From assembly GCF_044704955.1 (NCBI RefSeq), contig NW_027254368.1, positions 372,001-436,000 on the forward strand: a stretch of 64,000 nucleotides of DNA. The letters are read 5' to 3'. Positions 1 to 13,100 of this stretch are shown one piece after another. Every line of letters begins with the position of its first letter. Within the stretch, counting starts at the first letter, position 1. A program made the position numbers and the translations under genes. This DNA comes from Pristiophorus japonicus. Its lineage: Eukaryota. The notes below the pieces were generated by a model, which ran no database searches, was not told where the DNA came from, and saw only the letters and a list, made by a program, of their open reading frames with translations.

Positions 1-485
1 GCACCAACATTAGCGTCCTCGACCAGGCCAACATCCCCAGCATTGAAGCTCCGCTGGGCAGGCCACATTATCCGCATGCCCGACACGAGACTCCCAAAGC
101 AAGTGCTCTACGCGGAGCTCCGTCACGGCAAACGAGCCAAAGGTGGGCAGAGGAAACGTTACAAGGACACTCTCAAAGCCTCCCTGATAAAGTGCAACAT
201 CCCCACTGACACCTAGGAGTCCCTGGCCAAAGACCGCCCGAAGTGGAGGAAGTGCATCCGGGAGGGCGTTGAGCTCTTCGAATCTCAGCGCCGCGAGCGT
301 GAAGAGGTCAGACGCAGGCAGCGGAAGGAGCGTGTGATAAATCAGTGCCACCCACCCCTTCCTCCAATGAATATCTGTCCCACCTGTGACAGGGTGTGGC
401 TCTCGTATTGGACTGTTCAACCACCAAAGAACTCATATTTTAGGAGTGGAAGCAAGTCTTCCTCGATTCTGAGGGACTGCCTATG
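1..485 (+). mobile_element. RTE-clade LINE, 3' fragment
   Basis: Encodes RMPDTRLPKQVLYAELRHGKRAKGGQRKRYKDTLK followed by a CPTC..H motif, typical of the RTE ORF C-terminus. Near-identical 3' ends occur at 55682-59290 and 61020-61543. Confidence 0.85.
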
Positions 486-507
486 AAAAAAAGAGGGATT
501 GGCAGGA

Positions 508-575
508 CAACAACAACAACTTGTGTTTATATAGTGCCTTTAACGCAGTAAAAGGTCCCCAGGCGCTTCACAGGA
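508..575 (-). mobile_element. L2-type 3' tail (LINE or partner SINE)
   Basis: (CAA)n followed by a sequence whose reverse complement matches the L2-like tail at 7600-7662. Confidence 0.5.
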
Positions 576-689
576 GGGTCACAGATTGTTTTGTCTATTC
601 CGAGGCAGATCTGCAATTGTCACCGAACTAACCTGCCTCCCACAATATCTACAGAATTCAGGGAATACCCGCAACCTCCCCGAGAATGG

Positions 690-1235
690 TCATCATCATC
701 ATCGGCGGTCCCTGGAACGCTTCCACATGGGTTCGCAGATGTTTCGCAGATGTTTCAATGAAGAAGCCGATATTCCAGTCCTGAACTCCAATTGAAGGGT
801 GGAAGATGCCTGTGCCTGGATTGTTTTAACCTGTGGTGACCGTCTCACACCAGCCACCACACGGGCTTGATGGAGCTTGGCCTTTATCCAGTGGCAAGGG
901 TTAACCAGGACATCAGGAGACCTGCTCTACTGCAAGGACCTAGTGCGCACACATATCGCAGTGTGGGCAGGTCCGTGCTGCCCCTGGGCTCTCGGCTCTT
1001 CAGGGCCCCGTACCCTCATTCACCGCACCTCCTCCATGATCTCTCGCCGTTCCTCCACCACGATTTTTCACCACTCATCTGCCCCGACCTTCCCGCTCCT
1101 CCGCTGTACCTGGACCCCGCCGATGTTCCTGCCCACGCTTCAAACTGTGACTTGGGTTTTAATGATGTCATCCAGTCGCCCACCTCGAAGCCATCGCACA
1201 CTTGTAGCAGCTCACTCTGGAAGCTGCAGTGGTAT
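690..1235 (-). mobile_element. Interspersed repeat, probably RTE-associated SINE/5' region
   Basis: Starts with (CAT)n, matching the RTE-type (GAT)n tail on the minus strand. A related sequence (ccacacgggcttga...ggagacc) recurs at ~7775-7885. Confidence 0.4.
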
Positions 1236-1263
1236 GCTCTTTTATCCTCCCGACCCGCGGTGG

Positions 1264-1598
1264 CTTTTTTTCCTTCAAAAATATACTTTATTCATATAAA
1301 AGTTTCACAATACATTGGAAAATAGTTCAGTACCTTGCGGTCAGCAATTCCATACAATTCGTTTGGATGCTGACAGCAGTTCCATACGATGCACTAGCAT
1401 GCATTTCATTTCAAGGTACAGTTTAGTACAATCTGTAAATCACGTTACATGTAGTACTGTGCAAATAAGGGTATTACATGGAGCAGATAATAACAGGTTT
1501 ACATTACATTCCAGGATACATTTCAATACCGATCACGAATCACGTTACATGTAGCACTATGCAGATGAAAGCAGTACATGGAACGGATGAGAATATGT
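1264..1598 (-). mobile_element. Poly(A) retroelement 3' end (L1/Tx1-like 3'UTR)
   Basis: Minus strand ends ATGAATAAAGTATATTTTTGAAGGAAAAAAA. Internal ~100-bp periodic repeat (aatcacgttacatgtag at 1438 and 1538). Confidence 0.5.
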
Positions 1599-1819
1599 CC
1601 TCTCACAGGTCGGGGTGACCCACGATATTCCAGAACCCACGCTGCTCTTTTATCCTCCCGACCTGCGGTGGTGACCTCTCACAGGTCGGGGTGGCACATG
1701 ATGAATGAATGCCCCGGGAATAAGTTGCCCTGATGTTGACACTCAGATTGTAATTATTTCTGTGGTGCCCAACTTTAATATTCTCCTGAAAGTCCCACTG
1801 CAATCCAGTTCCAGTTCCA

Positions 1820-3798
1820 TTGAGGGTGTAAAAGAAAAGATAGCCATCCGTGGCGAACTAAAGAAATAAAGGACGGTATCCAATTGAAAACAAGGGCATA
1901 CAAAGTTGCCCAAACTAGTGGAAGGACAGAAGATTGGGAAGCTTTTAAAAGCCAGTAAAGAATGACTAAAAAAATCATTAAGAAAGGGAAGATAGACTCT
2001 GAAAGTAAACTAGCACAAAATATAAAAACAGATAGCAAGAGTTTCTCTCGATATATAAAAAGGAAAAGAGTGGCTAAAGTAAATGTTGGTCCCTCAGAGG
2101 ACGAGAACGGGAATTAGTAATGGGGAACATGGAGATGGCAGAAACTGTGAACAAATATTTTGTATCAGTCTTTACGGTAGAGGACACAAACAATATTCCA
2201 AACAATATAGCGGGGGGAGGAACTGATCACAATCACTAAGAAGTAAGGTAATGGGTCTAAAGGCAGATAGATCCCCTGGACCTGATGACTTGCATCCTAG
2301 CGTCTTAAGAGAAGTAACTGCAAGGATAGTGGATGCATTGGTTATAATTTACCAAAATTCCCTGGATTCTGGGAGGTCCCAGCAGATTGGAAAACTGCAA
2401 ATGTAACGCCCCTATTTAAAAAAGGAGGCAGACAAAAAGCAGGAAAATAGACCAGTTAGCCTAACATCTGTGCTTGGATAAATGTTGGAGTCCATTATTA
2501 AAGAAGCAGTAGCAGGATATTTGGAAAAGCATAATTTGGTCAGGCAGAGTCAGCATGGATTTATGAAGGGGAAGTAATGTTTGACAAATTTGCTGGAATT
2601 CTTTGAGGATGTAACGAACATGGTGGATAAAGGGGAACCAGTGGATGTGGTGTATTTGGACTTCCAGAAGGCATTTGACAAGGTGCCACATAAAAGGTTA
2701 CTGCGCAAGATAAAAGTTCACGGGGTTGGGGGTAATATATTAGCATGGATAAAGGATTGGCTAACAGAGAGTCGGGATAAATGGTTCATTCTCGGGTTGG
2801 CAATCAGTAACTAGTGGGGTGCCGCTGGGACCCCAACTATTAACAACTTGGAAGAAAGGACCAATTGTAATGTAGCCAAGTTTGCTGACAATGCAAAGAT
2901 GGGATAAAAAGCAATGTGTGAGGAGGACACAAAATACCTGCAAAACGACATAGACAGGATAAGTGAGTGGGCAAAAATTTGGCAGATGCAGTATAATGTT
3001 GGAAAGTGTGAGGTCATGCACTTTGGCAAAAAAAAATCAAAGAGCAAGTTATTATTTAAATGGAGAATAATTGCAAAGTGCTGCAGTACAGCGGGACCTG
3101 GGGGTAGTTGTGCATGAAACACAAAAGGTTAGTATTCAGGTACAGCAAGTGATCAGGAAGGCCAATGGTATCTTGGTCTTTATTGCAAAGGGGATGGAGT
3201 ATAAAAGCAGGGAAGTCTTGCTACAGTTTTACTGGGTATTGGTGAGGCCACACCTGGGATATTGCCTTGGTTTCCATATTTACAATAGGATATAATTGCT
3301 TTGGAGGCAGTTCAGAGAAGGTTCACTCGGTTGATTCCGGAGATGGGGTTGTTGACTTACGAGGAAAGGTTGAGTAGAATGGGCCTATCCTCATTGGAAT
3401 TCAGAAGAATGAGAGGTGATCTTATCGAAACGTATAAGATTATGAGGGGGCTTGACAAGGTGGATGCAGAGAGGATGTTTCCACTGATAGGGGAGACTAG
3501 AACTTGGGGGCATAATCTTAGAATAAGGGGCCGCCCAGTTAAAACTGAGATGAGGAGAACTTTCTTCTCTCAGGGTTGTAAATCTGTGGAATTCGCTGCC
3601 TCAGAGAACTGTGGAAGCTGGGACATTGAATAAATTTTTGACAGCGGTCGACAGTTTCTTAACCGATAAGGGATTAAGGGGAGCGCGCAGGAAAATGGAC
3701 CTGAGTCTATAATCAGATCAGCCATGATTGTATTAAATGGTGGAGCAGGCCTTAGGGGCCATATGGCCTACTCCTGCTCCTATTCTTGTGTTCTTATG
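1820..3798 (+). mobile_element. CR1 LINE, decayed ORF2 and 3'UTR
   Basis: RT motifs (TNLLEFFE, VYLDFQKAFDKVPH, AVQRRFTRLIP) in shifting frames; ends in ttcttgtgttcttatg. Confidence 0.92.
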
Positions 3799-3819
3799 TA
3801 AAAGGCCGATGATAATCAG

Positions 3820-3955
3820 CCCTTGATGAATCGACTAACTGTGGCAGATATGGATGTGATCTTTGGGTTTGAGCTTCCCGTGTGCTAATCTTCTCCTTCT
3901 AACACCCTGTAAAAGGAGTTTACAAAAGTCATCACTGTAAGTACAGGATAGAACA
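3820..3955 (-). pseudogene. ZNF-family intron/exon-boundary remnant
   Basis: Homologous to the splice-acceptor region of the ZNF genes (52220-52330, and the reverse complement of 21180-21300). No finger array follows; CR1 occupies that position. Confidence 0.55.
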
Positions 3956-3974
3956 ACATTCTCTCCTTCTTGTC

Positions 3975-4570
3975 CCATGGGCCATGCAGCGCCCATACAC
4001 CTGGGTAATCTGGGCCTATCACTGATGGTAAAACCCGCAGCTCCCGCCCCGCTGGACACACACGTGACAACCAATGGGCCAATGGTTTTCCTGGTGCCCT
4101 CCCCGCCCCTGGTGCCAGGCTCGGTACTCGGCCATCCTGTGGAGTCGGTGCCTTCCCCACCAGGCTACATGACGTCACAGAGACTGCGTTGCCAGGTTAC
4201 TGATGTCACACAGCTTGCATTGCTGGGGTTCTGACGTCACACACCCCTTGCTAGATTACTGATGTCACACAGCTCGCGCTCCGGGTTGGTGACGTCACTG
4301 GCGCTGAGCGAGCGGCGGTGCGGGTTCGAATCGCAGACACGTGACCCGGAGCGAGCCCGCCTCCGACTGTGGGAGTGGGCGGGGTAAATGGCAGATACAG
4401 GGTCGCGATTGGTGGGCCGCCTGTCAATCAGGTAAACCAACCAATTGCAGGAGCGGACAAGCCTCCCTGAGCGCGCTGTGAGGCGGCATTGCGCATGTCC
4501 AAGATCCCCGGAGGTCGGCCGTTGGTGAAGGTAAACAAGATGGCGGAAAGTGAGCGGAGTTGAGCGGAGC
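3975..4570. promoter_or_regulatory. CpG-island promoter, probably bidirectional
   Basis: CpG-rich, with five CRE-like sites (4170-4297), a GC box, several CCAAT boxes, GCGCATG (NRF1-like) and CAAGATGGCGG (YY1) at 4536-4546. Confidence 0.75.
4540..4549 (+). CDS. Possible first coding micro-exon (ATG GCG GAA A|gtgagc) of an unidentified gene
   Basis: ATG in strong Kozak/YY1 context followed by a GTGAG donor at the end of the CpG island. Downstream exons were not identified. Confidence 0.3.
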
Positions 4571-4571
4571 C

Positions 4572-4705
4572 GGGGGAGAGTGTCCCGGGGGGAGAGGGGG
4601 CCGAGAGAGAGTGTCCCGGGGAGGGGAGAGGGGGCCGAGAGAGAGAGTGTCCCAGGGGGGAGAGGGGGCCGAGAGAGTGTGTCCCGGGAGGGAGAGGGTG
4701 AGAGA
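4572..4705. repeat. G/A-rich ~35-bp minisatellite
   Basis: About 4 copies of gagagtgtccc-ggggggagaggggg-cc. Confidence 0.8.
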
Positions 4706-4852
4706 CACGGACACGCGCACACAGACTGACACAGGCACACCCCCAGAATGACTGGGGAGGAGACATATGTGGGGGGGCGGTGGGAAAGCTGAGGGACTCT
4801 GAAATCGTCCCCCCCCTCCTCCTCTCCCCCTTCCCTCTGCTCCTCATAACGG

Positions 4853-5156
4853 TCCCCGGGACCCAGTGAGATCAGACAGTGTGTAACCCTGGGGCCCAGT
4901 GAGATCAGACAGTGTGTAACCCAGGGGCCCAGTGAGATCAGACAGTGTGTAACCCGGGGGCCCAGTGAGATCAGACAGTGTGTAACCCGGGGGCCCAGTG
5001 AGATCAGACAGTGTGTAACCCGGGGGACCAGTGAGATCAGACAGTGTGTAACCCGGGGGCCCAGTGAGATCAGACGGTGTGTAACCCAGGGGCCCAGTGA
5101 GATCAGACAGTGTGTAACCCGGGGGCCCAGTGAGATCAGACAGTGTGTAACCCGGG
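4853..5156. repeat. 33-bp minisatellite, 9 copies
   Basis: Unit ccagtgagatcagacagtgtgtaacccgggggc. Confidence 0.95.
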
Positions 5157-6079
5157 GAGAATTCTGGTGATTTTCTGTAAGTCCAGACGGGCGGGAGAGA
5201 TCTGAGGAAAAGGATAAAATCAAACAGAAATACTGGACATATACTTTTCTGAAACTTTGGAAAAACACTTTACACTAGATTCCACTTCACAACATTAATC
5301 TTCTAATTTTCTGCCCTGTGATAATTTGATCTCCCGGTGAATGGCGGAGTGATTGAGAAAGTCCCACAGCTGGAAGGAAACAGGGATTGTGGACTGAGGA
5401 ACAACAGCAGGTGAACCAGCACAGGATTGTGAGAGCACCAACCAGTGAGCTCTTCCGATTGAAAGCGCTTCAATAGATCGACTGGGGAGAAAGGTAAGAG
5501 AAAGTGCCATTTACTCAGATACACACAGGTCCTGTAGACAGTACACACAGGTTACAAGGTAAGACAGGAAATGAGACCGGGAGAGACTAACCACCGAGTA
5601 CAATTATCCAGCATAAGGGCCGTGCAATGGGATGTGAAGTGAGATCAGTTTCTGTCTCTAAACACAGTCACAGTGAATCTTGTGTGTGTTTTAGAGTAAA
5701 GGGCTTTGATCTAAGAGGTGACTCCAGTTTGAGGCAGAGCCCAGCAGATGGACCGGTCTCTGTACATTAGGTGCGGCTGAACTCACACCAACACCATCAG
5801 ATCTCAATGTTCAAATATTTCCCATCTGGTGAGAAAGCCAATGGAAAGATTGAACCAGAAGCACATCGTCAATTCACTGATCACGGTGCACAGACCCATC
5901 TGAAAGACCAGCACGGCCTATCGCCCACAGAATCAATTATTCATTCATGGACATTTAGAATTATAAGAAAATATATTGATAACTACTTTATATTGATTAC
6001 TAATATTGAAGCATTAATCACGAGAGTTTTGTAGTATTCTAATATAGTGAAACACAGATATGGAGAGTTGCAATTTATT

Positions 6080-7665
6080 GATTGGCGTCGTACTTGACCC
6101 CGAGATGAGCTTCCGAACCCATATTCTCTCAATCACCAAGTCCGCTTACTTCCACCTCCATAACATCGACGGTCTCTGCCCCTTCCTCAGCTCAACTGCT
6201 CAAACCCTCATCCATGCCTCTGATCGGCCTCACACCTCGCACTCTCTGTAAACATAAGCTTAAACTTAGGGGGCATAGTTTTAAGGTGGTTGGTGGAAGG
6301 TTTAGAGGGGATTTGAGTGGGGGATGGGCTTCTTTATGCAGAGGGTTGTGGGGATCTGGAACTCACTGCCTGGAAGAGTGGTGGATACAGAAACCCTCAC
6401 CACTTTTAAGAGATGGTTGGATGGGCACTTAAAGTGCCGTAACCTACAGGGTTACTGACCTAGAGCTGGTAATTGGGATTAGACTAGATCACTTGTTGGC
6501 CGATGCAGATATAATGGTAAGTGCTGCAGGGAATCGAATATGGCCAGGGTGATTTGGACTAGTTTCGATCGCATGGATGGGAGGGAGAGAAATTTTCCCA
6601 CATTTTCTTTCCCTAAATTGGCCTTGGTTTTTACCTGTTTTTTTGCCTCTCCCAGGATATCACATGGTTCTGGTTGGGGTGGAGTGTAGAATGTTTCGGT
6701 GCAAGGGGTGATGCAGTTGTGTGAGTTGGGCTGGGTGCTATTTACCTTTCCGCCATTGTTCATAGGTTTATATGTAACCTTCAGGGCTGCTGACCGAGGG
6801 CCGTGCGGCTCTTTGTCGGCCGGCGCGGACACGATGGTCTGAAATGGCCTCCTTCTGTGCTGTAAATTTCTATGTTTCTTCAACACTTCTGCCCGTATCC
6901 TTACTCAAGAACACAAGAAGTAGCAGCAGGAGTTGGCCATACGGCCCCTCCCATCTACTCCGCCATTCAGTAAGATCTCTATTCGATAGAGAATTTTAAA
7001 GATTCACAACTCTCTGAGTGAAGAAATAGCTCCTCCACATAGTCTTAAATGACAGATCTCTTATCCTAATACTAGGACCCCTAACTCTAGACTATCCAGC
7101 CCTTGTCAATTCCTCTCAGAATTTTATATGTTTCAATGATATCACCTTCCGTTCTTCTGAACTCCAGAGAATATAGGCCTATTCTACTCAATCTGTCCTC
7201 AGTCCTCTCATCCCAACTTGTACCAATTTCCGTTCACCCATCACCCCGTGCTCGCTGAACTACATTGGCTCCTGGTCCATCAGTGCCTCGCTTTCAAAAT
7301 TCTCATCCTTGTTTTGAAATCCGTCCAGGACCTTGCCCCTCCCTATTGCTGTAACCTCCTCCAGCGCGACAACCCTCAGATCTTTGCATTCCTCCAATTC
7401 TGGCCTCTTGAGCAGCCCCAATTTTCAGCAATATTGGTGGCCGTACCTTCAGCTGCCGAGGCCATAAGCTCTGGAATTCCTCCCTAAACCTCTCCACCTT
7501 TAAAATGCTCCTTAATACCTACCCTTTTGGACCAGCTTTCAGTCACCTGTGCTAATATTTCCTTACGTGACTGGGTGTCAAATTTTGTTTGCTAACAGTC
7601 CTGTGAAGTGCCTTGGGACATTTTACTGCATTTAAGGCACGATATAAATGCAATTTGTTGCTGAT
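6080..7665 (+). mobile_element. L2 LINE 3' fragment split by CR1 3' ends (6262-6880 on +, 6907-7215 on -)
   Basis: L2 motifs (ITKSAYFHL, PVLAELHWL, FKILIL) and an L2 tail at 7600-7662. The inserted pieces carry CR1 RGHSFKV and a (tttctatg) tail. Confidence 0.7.
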
Positions 7666-7887
7666 AACTGAAGATATTTCAAATTGTAATATAACGAAAC
7701 TACAGACATGGGGAATTTCAATAGATTGATAACTGCAGAGGAAGAGGATTGTTATGTATTGCTAATAGCGTGCATTCTTTTAATGTGAGGTGGCCCTTGC
7801 ACATTCGCTACCACACGGGCTTGACAGAGCAAGGTCTTGGTCCAATGGTAAGGGATCGAAGATGACTGGAGACCAGGCTCTGCTGCA

Positions 7888-8428
7888 TGTTTCCTCTGGC
7901 ACTGACTCTCACTGGGATACAGTTTCCTCTGGCACTGACTCTCACTGGAATACAGTTTCCTCTGGCACTGACTCTTACTGGAGTACAGGTTCCTGTGTCA
8001 CCGATTCTCTCTGGAATACAGTTTCCTGTAGCACTGATTCTCACTGGAATACAGTTTCCTCTGGCACTGACTCTTACTGGGATACAGTTTCCTGTGTCAC
8101 TGATTCTCTCTGGAATACAGTTTCCTCTGGCACTGACTCTCACTGGGGTACAGTTTCCTCTGGCACTGACTCTCACTGGGGTACAGTTTCCTCTGGCACT
8201 GACTCTCACTGGGGTACAGTTTCCTCTGGCACGGACTCTCACTGGGGTACAGTTTCCTCTGGCACTGACTCTCACTGGGGTACAGTTTCCTCTGGCACTG
8301 ACTCTCACTGGGGTACAGTTTCCTCTGGCACTGACTCTCACTGGGGTACAGTTTCCTCTGGCACTGACTCTCACTGGGGTACAGTTTCCTCTGGCACTGA
8401 CTCTCACTGGGGTACAGTTTCCTCTGAC
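7888..8428. repeat. 33-bp minisatellite, ~16 copies
   Basis: Unit gtttcctctggcactgactctcactggggtaca; homogeneous in the 3' half, variant in the 5' half. Confidence 0.95.
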
Positions 8429-9269
8429 ACAGATTTACTGTGTACCTAATTCGTGCTGTCCCTGCCCTGGGAGTGCATGATGGGACAGTTTAGAGGGAGC
8501 TTTAACCTGAAACTGATCAAGAGCTGCGGGTGGAAAGTTGTCAGTGCAGTGGCAGATCGTACTGCTGCTGAATTTTAATTGATAAGCTGCCAGCAGTGCG
8601 GTCGGGACGGACACCGAAGTGTGCTCTGCGGCAGGGTAGAAGAAACTTTACTGTGTATCTAACCCATAGGCCACCTAGTCTGTGGGAATTTAGTGTGAAT
8701 TTGAAAGCAATTGCTTGGGTAGATAGAGAGAAATTTATTCTTGGGGTGTCTAGGACGAGGGGACATAACCTTAAAATCCGAGCCAGGCCATTCAGGAGAG
8801 ATGTTAGGATACACTTCTTCACTCAATGGATGGTTGAAGTGTGGAACCCCACAATAAGCAATCGATGCTCACCCATTGAATAATTCTGGGCTGGTTGTGA
8901 TGTCTGCCATATGACCGTTGCTTGTTCCCTTGGATTGGATCTCTATTTATTCCCTTTGTTTGTTTTCAGTTTCACTGCTAGACCTACCACTCAAAGCACT
9001 TTGTCCGATCTGCCCCTGGGAATGAGCAGACTCCTCCCTCCTCTCCCACACTGCACCGTCTATCCTCCTCTTTCCCTCTTGGTTGTGTTCCACACTATGG
9101 GCCTTGGGCCTTCCCCGGGGATTCTCAGTATGAACAGGGGGATGTGTGTTGAGACAGGATGTCCCAGCTCTCCACCTTTGAAGGGACAAGGAGAGGACCA
9201 GCTGGGCTGAATGGCCCTGCTTTATGATAACACTGCAGTGCCTAGCAACCAACCTCCCTGAGCCCTGCT

Positions 9270-10175
9270 CATTATGGGCTGGCAGTGTCTGATGGGACAG
9301 TGTAGAGGGAGAAAGACTTGGATTTATTTGGCGCCTTTCACGACCAAAGGACCCCTCAAAGCGCTTTACAGCCAATGAAGTACTTTTGGATTGTAGTCAC
9401 TGTTGTAGTAAGGGAGAGTTACCCTGTATCTAACCCATGCTGTACCTGCCCTGGGATTGTTTGCTGGGACAGTGTAGAAGGAGGTTTACTCTGTATCTAA
9501 CCCATGTTGTACATGTCCTGGGACTGTTTGATGGGATAGTATAGAGGGAGTTTTACTCTGTATCTAACCCTGTGCTGTACCTGTCGTGGGAGTTTTTGAC
9601 AGGATAATGTAAAGGGAGCTTTGCGCTGTATCTAACCCATGTTGTACCTGATCTGACAGAGTTTGATGGGACAGTTTAGAGGAAGCTTTTCTCTCGATCT
9701 AACCCATACTGTAACTGCCTTGGGAGTATTTGATGGGACAGTGTGGTGGGAGCTTTTCTCTGAATCTAACCCATACTGTACCTGCCCTGGGATTGTTTGC
9801 TGGGACAGTGTAGAGGGAGGTTTACTCTGTATCTAACCCATGTTGTACATGTCCTGGGACTGTTTGATGGGATAGTATAATTTTACTCTGTATCTAACCC
9901 TGTGCTGTACCTGTCGTGGGAGTTTTTGACAGGATAATGTAACGGGAGCTTTGCGCTGTATCTAACCCATGTTGTACCTGATCTGACAGAGTTTGATGGG
10001 ACAGTTTAGAGGAAGCTTTTCTCTCGATCTAACCCATACTGTAACTGCCTTGGGAGTATTTGATGGGACAGTATGGTGGGAGCTTTTCTCTGAATCTAAC
10101 CCATACTGTACCTGCCCTGGGAGTGTTTGATGGGACAGTGTAGATGGAGATTTACTGTGTGCCAAACCTGTGCTA
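9270..10175. repeat. ~67-bp satellite array
   Basis: Unit gggacagtgtagagggagctttactctgtatctaacccgtgctgtacctgccctgggagtgtttgat. Other copies lie at 8430-8510, 13470-14040, 15020-15775 and 54200-54390. Confidence 0.9.
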
Positions 10176-10197
10176 ACCTAGCAAGTTGTGAAGAGGA

Positions 10198-13100
10198 CAT
10201 AACCCCTTATCCCCTTATCGTTTAAGAAACTGTCTCTTTCTGTCTTAAATTTATTCAATGTCCCAGCTTCTACAGCTTTCTGAGGCAGCGAATTCCACAG
10301 ATTTGGAACCCTGTGAGAGAAATAATTTCTCCTCATCTCTGTTTTAAATGGGCGGCCCCTTATTCTAAGATCATGCCCTCTAGTTCTTGTCTCCCCCATC
10401 AGTGGAAACATCCTCTCTGCATCCACCTTGTTGAGCCCCCTCATAATCTTATACATTTCGATAAGATTGCCTCATTCTTCTGAACTCCAGTGAGTGGAGG
10501 CCCAACCTACTCAACCTTTCCTCATAAGTCAACCCTCTCATCCCCAGAATCAACCGAGTGAACCTTCTCTGAACTGCCTCCAAAGCAACTATATCCTTTC
10601 GCAAATATGGAAACCAAAACTGCACACAGTATTCCAGGTGTGGCCTCACCAACACTATGTATAGCTGCAGCAAGACTTCCCTGCTTTTATACTCCAACCC
10701 CTTTGCAATAAAGGCCAAGATACCATTAGCCTTCCTGATCAGTTGCTGTATTTGCATACTATCCTTTTGTGTGTTTCATGCACAAGTACCCCCAGGTCCC
10801 GCTGTACTGTGGCGCTTTGCAATCTGTCTCCATTTAAATAATAACTTGCTCTTTGATTTTTTTTCTGCCAAAGTGCATGACCTCACACTTTCCAACATTA
10901 TACTCCAACTGCCAAATTTTTTCCCACTCACTTAGCCTGTCTATGTCCTTCTGCAGATTTTTTGTGTCCTGCTCACACATTGCTTTTCCTCCCATCTTTG
11001 TATTGTCAGCAAACTTGGCTACGTTACACTCAGTCCCTTCCAAGTCGTTAATATAGATTGTAAATAGTTGGGGACCCAGCACTGATCTCTGCGGCACCCC
11101 ACTCGTTACTGGTTGCCAACCAGAGAATGAACCATTTATCCTGACTCTCTGTTCTCTATTAGTTAGCCAATCCTCTATCCATGCTAATATATTACCCCCA
11201 ACTCTGTGAACTTTTATCTTGTGAAGCAACCTTTTATGTGGCACCTTGTCAAATGCCTTCTGGAAGTCCAAATACACCATATCCACTGGTTCCACTTTAT
11301 CCACCCTGTTCGTTACATCCTCAAAGAACTCCAGTAAGTTTGTCAAACATGACTTCCCCTTCATAAATCCATGCTGACTCTGCCTGACCGAATTTTGCTT
11401 ATCCAAATGTCCTGCTACTGCTTCTTTAATAATGGACTCTGGCAACATTTTCCCAACCACAGATGTTAGGCTAACTGGTCTATAGTTTCCTGTTTTTTGT
11501 CTGCCTCCTTTTTTAAATCGGGGCGTTACATTTGCAGTTTTCCAATCTGCTGGGACCTCTCCAGAATCCAGGGAATTTTGGTAAATTACAACCAATGCAT
11601 CTACAATCCCTGCCGCTACTTCTCTTAAGACCCTAGGATGCAAGCCATCAGGTTCAGGGGATATATCTGCCTTTAGTCCCATTATCTTACTGAGTACCAC
11701 CTCCTTAGTGATTGTGATTGTGTTAAGTTCCTCCCCCCCCCCCGCCCCATAGCCCCTTGTCTATCCACTGTTGGAATATTGTTAGTGTCCTCTAACGTAA
11801 AGACTGATACAAAATATTTGTTCAGAGTTTCTGCCATCTCCATGTTCCCCATTACTAATTCCCTGGTCTCGTTATCCAAGGGACCAACATTTTCTTTAGC
11901 CACTCTTTTCCTTTTTATATACCTATAGAAACTCTTGCTATCTGTTTTTATATTTTGTGCTACTTTACTTTCATAGTCTATCTTCCCTTCATCATTTTTT
12001 TTGTCATTCTTTGCTGACTTTTAAAAGCTTCCAAGTCTTCTGTCCTCCCACTAGTTTTGGTCACTTTGTATGCCCTTGTTTTTAGTTAGATACCGTCCTT
12101 TATTTCTTTAGTTAGCCACAGATGGCTATCTTTTCTCTTGCACCCTTTCCTCATCACTGGAATATATTTTTCTTGAGAGCTGTGAAATATCTCCTTAAAT
12201 GTACACCACTGTTCATCAACCGTCTTACACTTTAATCTATTTTCCCAGTCCACTTTACCCATCTCTGCCCTCATACCTTCATAGTCTCCTTTATTTAAGC
12301 TCAGTATGCTGGTTTGAGATCCAACTTTCTCACCCTCCATCTGAATTTGAAATTCAATCATGTTATGATCACTCATTCCGAGGGGATCCTTTACTAGGAG
12401 ATTGTTTATTAATCCTGTCTCATTACACAGGATCAGATCTAAGATAGCCTGCCTCCTGGTTGGTCCTGTTATATACTGCTCAAGGAACCCATCCCTTATG
12501 CACTCCATGAACAACTCCTCAAGGCTGCCCTGACCAATTTGATTTGTCCAATCAATATGGAAGTTAATATCACCTATGATTATTGCTGTTCTCTTTTTAC
12601 AAGCCCCCACTATTTCCTGGTTTATACTCCGGCCAACAGAGCTTCTACTGTTCGGGGGCCTATAGACTATGCACACCAGTGACTTTTTCCCCTTATTATT
12701 CCTTATCTCCACCCAAACTGTCTCCACACCCTTATCATTTGAGCCAATATCATTTCTCACTTTTGCAGTGATTCATCTTTATCAATAGAGCTACCCCACC
12801 TCCTTTTCCTTTCTGTCTGTCCTTCCGGATTGTCAAGTACCCCTGAATATTTAATTCCCAGTCCTGGTCACCTTGCAACCACATCTCTCTAATGGCTGTC
12901 AGATCATATCTATTTGTCTCAATTTGTGCCGTCAACTTATGTATTTTGTTACAAATGCTACGTGCATTTAGACACAGTGCCTTTAAGTTTGTTTTTTTTT
13001 TACCTTTTTTTCCTGCTTGTATCCTCTCTCCTTCAAATTCACTTTCTTTATTTTTGCTTTCTAATTCCAGCTTTACTCCTCTCCCTATTGAATCTTTTTC

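Noticed and set aside
4315-4340. tRNA gene suggested by GGTTCGAATC
   Set aside because: No cloverleaf, A-box spacing or T-run terminator is evident.
4237-5268. 343-aa repetitive ORF (likewise 7790-8480, 46291-47031, 48334-48633, 59361-60224)
   Set aside because: Open frames are by-products of minisatellites or low-complexity DNA lacking stop codons.
7888-8428. CRISPR-like array (also 4853-5156 and 44541-45294)
   Set aside because: Head-to-tail repeats without unique spacers, no cas genes, and a eukaryotic context.
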